The notes under the pieces: model-generated | What the model was told of the DNA's origin: nothing | The model's database searches: none | What the model saw: only the letters and a program-made list of their open reading frames with translations | Source of the DNA: an uncultured delta proteobacterium | GTDB lineage: Bacteria; Myxococcota_A; Polyangia; Polyangiales; JAFGIB01 | NCBI GenBank assembly: GCA_963778655.1 | Contig: CAVZVA010000010.1 | Coordinates: 1,664,001-1,728,000 of the forward strand | Reading direction: 5' to 3' | Length of the DNA stretch: 64,000 bases | In this document: positions 57,999 to 64,000 of the stretch, piece after piece | How the letters are laid out: every line of letters starts with the position of its first letter | How positions within the stretch are numbered: the first letter of the stretch is position 1 | Translations under genes and position numbers: made by a program

Positions 57999-58758
57999 GC
58001 AGCGTTTCGATGCGCGCCTGCACGTCGCCGGCATCGGGCGCGGGCTCGGCCTCGCGCAGATACGTGCGATAGTAGTCCACCGCGTCGGCCGGTCGTCCCA
58101 GCCGCTCGGCCGCCAGCGCCATGTCGTATGCCAGCTCCGGCAGCGACGCGAATCGGCGCGCGGCGCCGAAGGCCGCCAGCGCAGCTTCGTAGCGTGCGGC
58201 CGCGAACAGCTTCTTGCCGCGCTCGAAGAAGGTGCGCGCTTCGGCCGCCAGCGCCGCGCGCGAAGGCGGGGGCGCGCGCAGCTGCGCGCGCTGGCGTGCC
58301 TTGAGCGCCAGCAGCTTGTCGATACGCGCCTCGATCTGCGCCCGCTCCGCCGCCGTCACCTGCGACTGGGCCAGGTAGGCGCGGAAGTGGCGCACGGCCG
58401 GCGTCGGCTCGCCCACGCGCTCGTAGAGGCGCGCCAGATCGAACTCGATCTCGGGCGAAGGCGCCAGCGCATAGGCGCGCGACAGGTGCGCGAGCGCCTG
58501 TTTCAGTCGTCCGGCCCGGTAAGCGGCCCGACCCTGCTCGAACTCGGCGCGCGCCGGCGCCAGCTTGTCGCCGGCCGGCGCGGCCGCCGCGGGCTGCGGC
58601 TGTACGCGCTTGGCCTGCGCGGGCGCTGGCTCGGCTGCCGGCGGCTGCGCGCGCGCCAGCGCGCGGGGCAGCGCCAGCGCGAGCGCTAGCGAGATCGCCG
58701 CGCCCGCCGCGGCCGCGCGCGGCCGCCCCGCTCTCGCCCTGCCCCCCGCCGCGCTCAC
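57964..58758 (-). CDS. Secreted TPR protein
   Basis: Signal peptide plus two TPR blocks. Confidence 0.8.
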   Translation of the reverse strand: MSAAGGRARAGRPRAAAAGAAISLALALALPRALARAQPPAAEPAPAQAKRVQPQPAAAAPAGDKLAPARAEFEQGRAAYRAGRLKQALAHLSRAYALAPSPEIEFDLARLYERVGEPTPAVRHFRAYLAQSQVTAAERAQIEARIDKLLALKARQRAQLRAPPPSRAALAAEARTFFERGKKLFAAARYEAALAAFGAARRFASLPELAYDMALAAERLGRPADAVDYYRTYLREAEPAPDAGDVQARIETLLTDRSPQPAAR

Positions 58759-58780
58759 CGTCCCGCCGCCGCCGGCGCGC

Positions 58781-59077
58781 TCAACCCGCCGAATCGCGCA
58801 CCTTGGCGCCGTCCCGCCGCGACGAGCGCTGCGCCTCGATCTCGCGCTCCAGCTTGCGCACGGTACGCCGCAGCTCGCGCACCTCGGCTTCGGTCGCGAG
58901 GCTCAAGCTCTTGGCGACGCGCTGCGCACGCGACACCAGATCCTGCTGGACCTTGGCCCGCAGCTGCAGCGCACCCATCAGACCCTGCATCACCCTCGGG
59001 TTCTGCAGCGCCTTCATCACGCGTGGATCCTGCACCACGCGCAACGCACGGTTCATCAACTCTTGTTTCAAGTCCAA
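58781..59077 (-). CDS. Small coiled-coil hypothetical protein
   Basis: LSLATEAEVRELRRTVRKLE, a phasin-like tail. Confidence 0.7.
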   Translation of the reverse strand: MDLKQELMNRALRVVQDPRVMKALQNPRVMQGLMGALQLRAKVQQDLVSRAQRVAKSLSLATEAEVRELRRTVRKLEREIEAQRSSRRDGAKVRDSAG

Positions 59078-59152
59078 GGCTCACCTGGCGAGACCCTCTT
59101 ACTTAGCGGCTGCCTTTCTGGCTGTCAAAGCGGCCGGCGGCGTGTCCGCGCG

Positions 59153-59755
59153 CTACTTGTCCTCGCCCCCGTCGTCCGCCAAGTAGCTCAGGATCACCTC
59201 GTCGAGCGACTTGCTGCGCAACGCCTGCCCGGTGCTGAAAATGGTGGCGGGCGTGTCCGCCCGCGGCTGCGTGCTCTTGGGTTGGGCCGCGACCGTATGC
59301 TTGTAGCGGCCGGCCCCTCGCCGCCGCGGCGCCGCCTTGGCCTTCGCCGCCGCAGACTCGGCGATCTTTGCCTCAGCCGCGCGATCGAGCGCGTCCAGGT
59401 CGAGCTCGGGGGCCTTCGGCTCTGGCTCCAGCGGCGGCGCTTTCTTGTCGGCCGCCGCGGTGCCGGCCTGCGCCGACTCCTCGTCCTCGTCGTACACGCA
59501 GTCGCGCAGGGCGATGAACATCGCCTTGTGCTGCTCCTGCATCAGCTTCTTGACGATGTCCTGTAGCTTTTCGGAACCGAGGTACTGTGCGTAGTCGGTC
59601 TTCTTCGAGGAGATGATGCGCCCGCCGTCGGCGAACAAATGCGTGATGATGTGCGGGTGATTGACGCCCGAGTCCTCGGTCTGGATGTGGTACAGCTTGC
59701 CCTTGTGTCGGACGTTGGTGTTGTACCCGAGCAGCGGAGATGGGCTCCTGGACAT
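59153..59755 (-). CDS. Conserved myxobacterial protein resembling the polarity factor RomY
   Basis: GYNTNVRHKGKLYHIQTEDSG...HIITHLF N-terminal domain and SLDEVILSYL C-terminal motif (family recalled, not verified). Confidence 0.6.
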   Translation of the reverse strand: MSRSPSPLLGYNTNVRHKGKLYHIQTEDSGVNHPHIITHLFADGGRIISSKKTDYAQYLGSEKLQDIVKKLMQEQHKAMFIALRDCVYDEDEESAQAGTAAADKKAPPLEPEPKAPELDLDALDRAAEAKIAESAAAKAKAAPRRRGAGRYKHTVAAQPKSTQPRADTPATIFSTGQALRSKSLDEVILSYLADDGGEDK

Positions 59756-59827
59756 GGTCGACACGATCCCAACCTTATGTAGCAGACTTGCCGCGTACAT
59801 GTCTCCTGGCGCGGTGCCGGGGCGGGC

Positions 59828-60298
59828 GTGAGCGCGTCGCCCCCGCTCGCGGTTCCCGAGCCGCCCGCCGCCGCCCGCGCGCGTGCGATGAACCGCCTGG
59901 GCTGGGCCCTGCTCGGCTGCGGGGCGCTGCTGGTGCTGCTGCTCGCCCGCGTCTTGCAGCCCGACCCGTCCGGCTTCGGCACGCACAGGCAGCTCGGCCT
60001 GCCCCCGTGCGGCTTTCTGCTGCTGACCTCGCTGCCGTGTCCGGCGTGTGGGCTCACCACCGCGTTCGCGCACATGGCGCGACTCGAGGTCGCGTCGGCC
60101 ATGCGCGCGCATCTGCTCGGTGCGCCGCTGTTTGCGCTGACCGTGGCGACCGTGCCGCTGTCGTTCTTCGCTTGCCTGCGCGCCTGGCCAATCGTAGAGA
60201 CGATGAAACGCTTGCGGGCCAGGAGGATCGCAGCGATCATCGCCGTCGCGGCGCTGGTGAGCTGGGTCGCACGCATCGTTGCGATCGCCTTGATCTGA
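59828..60298 (+). CDS. DUF2752-like membrane protein
   Basis: PPCGF...PCPACGLTTAF motif. Confidence 0.85.
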   Translation: MSASPPLAVPEPPAAARARAMNRLGWALLGCGALLVLLLARVLQPDPSGFGTHRQLGLPPCGFLLLTSLPCPACGLTTAFAHMARLEVASAMRAHLLGAPLFALTVATVPLSFFACLRAWPIVETMKRLRARRIAAIIAVAALVSWVARIVAIALI

Positions 60299-60326
60299 CG
60301 CTGCGCACCCGGAGCTCGAGACTCGG

Positions 60327-61202
60327 ATGAGCGCCCTGATCTTGGTGGCCGACGCAGATCCCTTCAACCTGCGGCTCCTGTCGGAGCTGTGCAGCACGCT
60401 CGGCTACGATGTGGTTACCGCCGCCGACGGCGGCGCCGTGCTCGACGCGGTGGCGCGCGAGCGTCCGGATCTGGTGTTGATGGACGTGTCATTGCCGGTG
60501 ATGGACGGCCTGCAGGTGCTGCGTATCCTCAAGGCCGACGGCGATCTATCCCAGCTTCCGGTGGTGCTGGTCACTGCGGACGGCGACGACGAGAGCCGCC
60601 GGCGCGGCTTCGAGATGGGCGCCGAGGACTACGTGGTCAAGCCCTACCGCAGCTTCGAGATCCAGCAGCGCCTGCGCAACGTGCTGCGCCTGCGCGCGGC
60701 CACCGCCTCCGGCTCGACCGCGCCTCCGCCTCCCGGCGAGCGGCTGGACATCGCCGATCCGGCGACCGGCGCGGGCACCACCAGCCAGCTGCACATCAGT
60801 CTCGAGTACGAGTTCACGCGCGCCGTGCGCTACGGCCACCCGCTGAGCTGCGTGGTGGTGCGCTGCCTCAACTACACCCAGATCGCCGCCGGCCTGGGCG
60901 GCGGCTCGGCCCAGCGGGTGCTGGTGCAGCTCGCCGGCGCCCTGCGCGGGTGCATCCGCGGCGTCGACCATCTGTTCCGCTCCGGCCCCGACGAGTTCAC
61001 CATCCTGCTGCCGGAGACCGACGCGCGTGGTTGCCGCATCGTGGTCGATCGGCTCGAGGCCACCACGGGCAAGGACACGCTGTTCGATGCCGACATCAGG
61101 CCGCGCCCGGCGGTCGGTGTGGCCTGCTCCTGTTATCCGGCGCGCAAGGTCGACGACGGCGAGGCGCTGTGGCGCGGGGCCGCCGAATTGCTGCGGAACT
61201 GA
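60327..61202 (+). CDS. Response regulator with degenerate GGDEF domain
   Basis: REC domain (LMDVSLPVMDG, KP); GPDEF with RGVD I-site. Confidence 0.88.
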   Translation: MSALILVADADPFNLRLLSELCSTLGYDVVTAADGGAVLDAVARERPDLVLMDVSLPVMDGLQVLRILKADGDLSQLPVVLVTADGDDESRRRGFEMGAEDYVVKPYRSFEIQQRLRNVLRLRAATASGSTAPPPPGERLDIADPATGAGTTSQLHISLEYEFTRAVRYGHPLSCVVVRCLNYTQIAAGLGGGSAQRVLVQLAGALRGCIRGVDHLFRSGPDEFTILLPETDARGCRIVVDRLEATTGKDTLFDADIRPRPAVGVACSCYPARKVDDGEALWRGAAELLRN

Positions 61203-61361
61203 GCGCGCCCGGCGTGCTTGGCACTGGGTGCGCCTTGCGCTCGCGGCTTCCGCTGCGTAGGACATGGGCCGTGAGCTGCAGCCTCCCTCGGCCCCGCCGG
61301 CGCGCGCCTCGCCGTGGCGCCGCCGCGGCCCGGCCCCGCCCCGCAGCAGACCGGTAGACGC

Positions 61362-63026
61362 ATGCCCTTTCTCTACTTCATCTTGATGGTGGGCGTGCTG
61401 GTGTTCGTGCACGAGCTCGGACACTTTCTGTGGGCGCGTGCGTTCGGCGTGCGTGTGCTGCGCTTCAGCCTCGGCTTCGGCCCGCGCATCGCGGGCTTCC
61501 GCCGCGGCGGCACCGAGTACGTGATCTCGGCGCTTCCGCTCGGCGGCTACGTGCGAATGCTGGGCGAGAACCCGCGCGATGAGGTGCCCGCCGCGGACCA
61601 GAAGGGCTCGGTTGCGCACCAGTCGATCCCGCGCCGGGTGGTGATCGCGGTCGGCGGGCCGATGATGAGCCTGGCCTTCCCGATCCTGCTCTACTTCGTG
61701 GTGTTTCTCGGCGACAACCGGCTGACGCCCGCCACCGTGGGCCTGGTGCTGCCCAACCGTCCCGCCGCCGGCAAGCTCGCGCCCGGAGACCGTGTGAGCG
61801 AGATCGACGGCTCGTCGGTCGAGACCTTCTACGACCTGACCCGCGTGGTGGAGCGCAGCGCCGGCAAGCCGCTGCGCTTCGTGATCGAGCGCGACGGCAA
61901 GCGCATCGAGCGCACGATCACGCCGGTGGCCGATATCGCGGAGCTGCCGCTCGACTTGCGCAAGAAGGTCGGTCGCATCGGCATCATGCCCAATCATCCG
62001 CTCGCGGTGATCGGCGTCGGCTCCACGAGCTCGCCTGCGGCCGCAGCCGGGCTGCAGACCTTCGACGTGGTGGTGGCCGCCGCGGGGCGGCCGATCAGGC
62101 GCTTCCTCGATCTCGACCACGCGTTGCAGCACAACCGCGGCACGCTGGTCCCGCTGACCTACCTGCGGCCCACCCGAGTGCAGGGCGCGCTCGGCGGCCT
62201 GTGCGACTTCGACGTGTTCGAGCCGCGCATCGCCGCGCTCACGCCCGACCCGGGCAAGGGCGACGCGCTCGGCCGCGCCGGGCTCGAGCTCGCCGACCTC
62301 TACGTGAGCGACGTCACCCCGGGCTCGCCCGAGCAGCGCATCGGCCTGCAGCCCGGCGATCGGCTGCTCGCGCTCGACGGGCGTCCGATCCAGATGTGGG
62401 CGGCCTTTCTCGAGGATCTGCGCGCCGGCCGCGGCGTCGAGCACGAGCTGCGCTGGCGCCACGGCGAACAGGAGCACTCGGCGCGCTTCGCGCTGGAGCA
62501 CGAGCACGGCATGGGCGAGCACGGGCAGGGCTACGACCGCTACGTGCTCGGCCTGCTCAACTGGGTACCGTCGCGGCTCGACCCCAGCGTGCCCAATCCC
62601 CACGCGCTGCTGTACGCGGCGCGCGAATCGCTGCGCGCCACCGACGAGGTCGTCGAGCTGACGCTGGTCTCGATCCTGCGGCTGATTCAGGGCCGGCTCA
62701 GCATCAAGTCGATTGGCGGTCCGCTGACCATTTTCGACGTGGCGGGCACAGCGGCGCGCCAGGGCGCGCTCAACTACCTCACGGTGATGGCGTTCATCAG
62801 CATCAACCTCGGACTGATCAACCTCTTGCCGATCCCGCTGCTCGACGGCGGCCACCTGCTGTTCCTGGTCTACGAGGCGGTGGTGAGGCGCCCGCTCAGC
62901 ATCCGGCTGCGCGAGTATGCGCACATCGCGGGCCTGCTGATGCTGCTGGCGATCATGATCCTCGCGTTCAAGAACGACATCGAACGCCAGTGGCCGCAGA
63001 TCGTGGACGAGCTGACCGCCGAGTAG
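61362..63026 (+). CDS. rseP: RIP metalloprotease RseP
   Basis: HELGH, PLGGYV, PDZ domains and NLLPIPLLDGGH. Confidence 0.95.
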   Translation: MPFLYFILMVGVLVFVHELGHFLWARAFGVRVLRFSLGFGPRIAGFRRGGTEYVISALPLGGYVRMLGENPRDEVPAADQKGSVAHQSIPRRVVIAVGGPMMSLAFPILLYFVVFLGDNRLTPATVGLVLPNRPAAGKLAPGDRVSEIDGSSVETFYDLTRVVERSAGKPLRFVIERDGKRIERTITPVADIAELPLDLRKKVGRIGIMPNHPLAVIGVGSTSSPAAAAGLQTFDVVVAAAGRPIRRFLDLDHALQHNRGTLVPLTYLRPTRVQGALGGLCDFDVFEPRIAALTPDPGKGDALGRAGLELADLYVSDVTPGSPEQRIGLQPGDRLLALDGRPIQMWAAFLEDLRAGRGVEHELRWRHGEQEHSARFALEHEHGMGEHGQGYDRYVLGLLNWVPSRLDPSVPNPHALLYAARESLRATDEVVELTLVSILRLIQGRLSIKSIGGPLTIFDVAGTAARQGALNYLTVMAFISINLGLINLLPIPLLDGGHLLFLVYEAVVRRPLSIRLREYAHIAGLLMLLAIMILAFKNDIERQWPQIVDELTAE

Positions 63027-63031
63027 CCGCC

Positions 63032-64000
63032 ATGCGCGAGCAGAGCAAGCGCGACGCGGGAGCCCGGCGCGGGCGGCCGAACAGGCGGGGCGGGCCGGGC
63101 GCGCGCTCGCCGCGCGCGCTCGCCATCCGCGTGCTCGAGCGCGTGGCCGAGCGCGGCGCTTACGCCAGCCGCGCGCTCGACGCCGAGCTCTCGCGCCGCT
63201 TCGCCGCGCTCGACGCCCGCGACGTCGCGCTCGCGACCGAGATCGTATACGGCACGCTGCGCGCGCTGCCCGAGCTCGACGCGCGCATCGCTGCCTGCCT
63301 GCGGCGTCCCGGCCAGGCCCTCGACGGCGTGCTGCGGGCGGCCCTGCGCAGCGGTTGCTATCAGCTCGCCTACCTGGGGCGCGTGCCGGCGCACGCGGTG
63401 GTGGACGAGACGGTGCGCGTGGTGCGCGCCGAGCGCGGGCCCGCGCTGGCGGGCGTCGCCAACGCGGTGCTGCGCAAGCTGGCGGCCACCGCGCCGGTCG
63501 CGCCCCCGCGCGAGCGGGCGCTGGCGCTGCCGCCTTGGCTGGCTCGGGCGCTGGTCGAGGCGCTGGGCGAAGCGCGTGCCGCGAGCTTGCTGGCAAGCGG
63601 GCGACTGCCCCCGCCGCTGTCGCTGCGCGTGGCCGCGGGCGAGGATCGCGAGGCTCTCGCCGCCACGCTGCAAGCCGCACGGCCGGCCGCCGAAGTCCGT
63701 CCAGCACGGCTTTCGCCCCGCGCCCTACTCGTGCGCAGAGCCGGCGACCCGCGCGCGCTGCCCGGTTACGCGCAGGGGCACTTCAGTGTGCAGGAGGAAG
63801 GCGCTCAGCTCGTGGCGCTGTGCCTGGGCGCCCGCCCAGGCGAGCGCGTCGCCGACCTGTGTGCGGGCCACGGTGGCAAGACGGCCGTGCTCGTGGAGGC
63901 GGTGGGGGCGCAGGGCGAGGTCACCGCCGTCGACCTCGACGAGCGCAAGCTCGCCGGCATCCCGCAGGAGCTCGCGCGGCTGCGGCTCGAGGCACCCAGG
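63032..64000 (+). CDS. rsmB: 16S rRNA m5C methyltransferase RsmB/Sun (partial, runs off the window)
   Basis: NusB-like N-terminus (ALATEIVYGTLR, NAVLRK), VQEEGAQL and DLCAGHGGKT. Confidence 0.88.
   Translation, partial: MREQSKRDAGARRGRPNRRGGPGARSPRALAIRVLERVAERGAYASRALDAELSRRFAALDARDVALATEIVYGTLRALPELDARIAACLRRPGQALDGVLRAALRSGCYQLAYLGRVPAHAVVDETVRVVRAERGPALAGVANAVLRKLAATAPVAPPRERALALPPWLARALVEALGEARAASLLASGRLPPPLSLRVAAGEDREALAATLQAARPAAEVRPARLSPRALLVRRAGDPRALPGYAQGHFSVQEEGAQLVALCLGARPGERVADLCAGHGGKTAVLVEAVGAQGEVTAVDLDERKLAGIPQELARLRLEAPR

Overview
High-GC chromosomal window whose gene content (several PilZ proteins, Gly-rich lipoproteins, FHA/TPR proteins, GAF/PAS kinases, a RomY-like protein) suggests a myxobacterium (Myxococcota; inference). 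Most of it is housekeeping or accessory genes: cysD-cysN, cysH, SulP, HMG-CoA lyase, pip, queE, coaX, an acyl-CoA dehydrogenase pair, murI, rseP and a partial rsmB. Notable structure: (1) a 5.1 kb decayed integrative element in tRNA-Ser(UGA), bounded by an exact 56-bp direct repeat. It carries two type II TA modules, traM, traL and integrase remnants, an excisionase-like gene and a solitary RxxxxH (HEPN-like) cargo gene. (2) A near-consensus sigma70 promoter pointing into a long hairpin in a 375-bp convergent intergenic gap, a candidate unannotated ncRNA. (3) A close bacterial relative of the fungal sphingolipid C9-methyltransferases. (4) A sulfate-assimilation set with an apparently dead APS-kinase domain and an APS reductase carrying an N-terminal CxxC domain. 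(5) At least three families of short palindromic repeats, including a 4 x 108-bp tandem array and one copy inserted in frame in a membrane-protein gene. All family assignments come from motif recognition by eye; no database searches were run.
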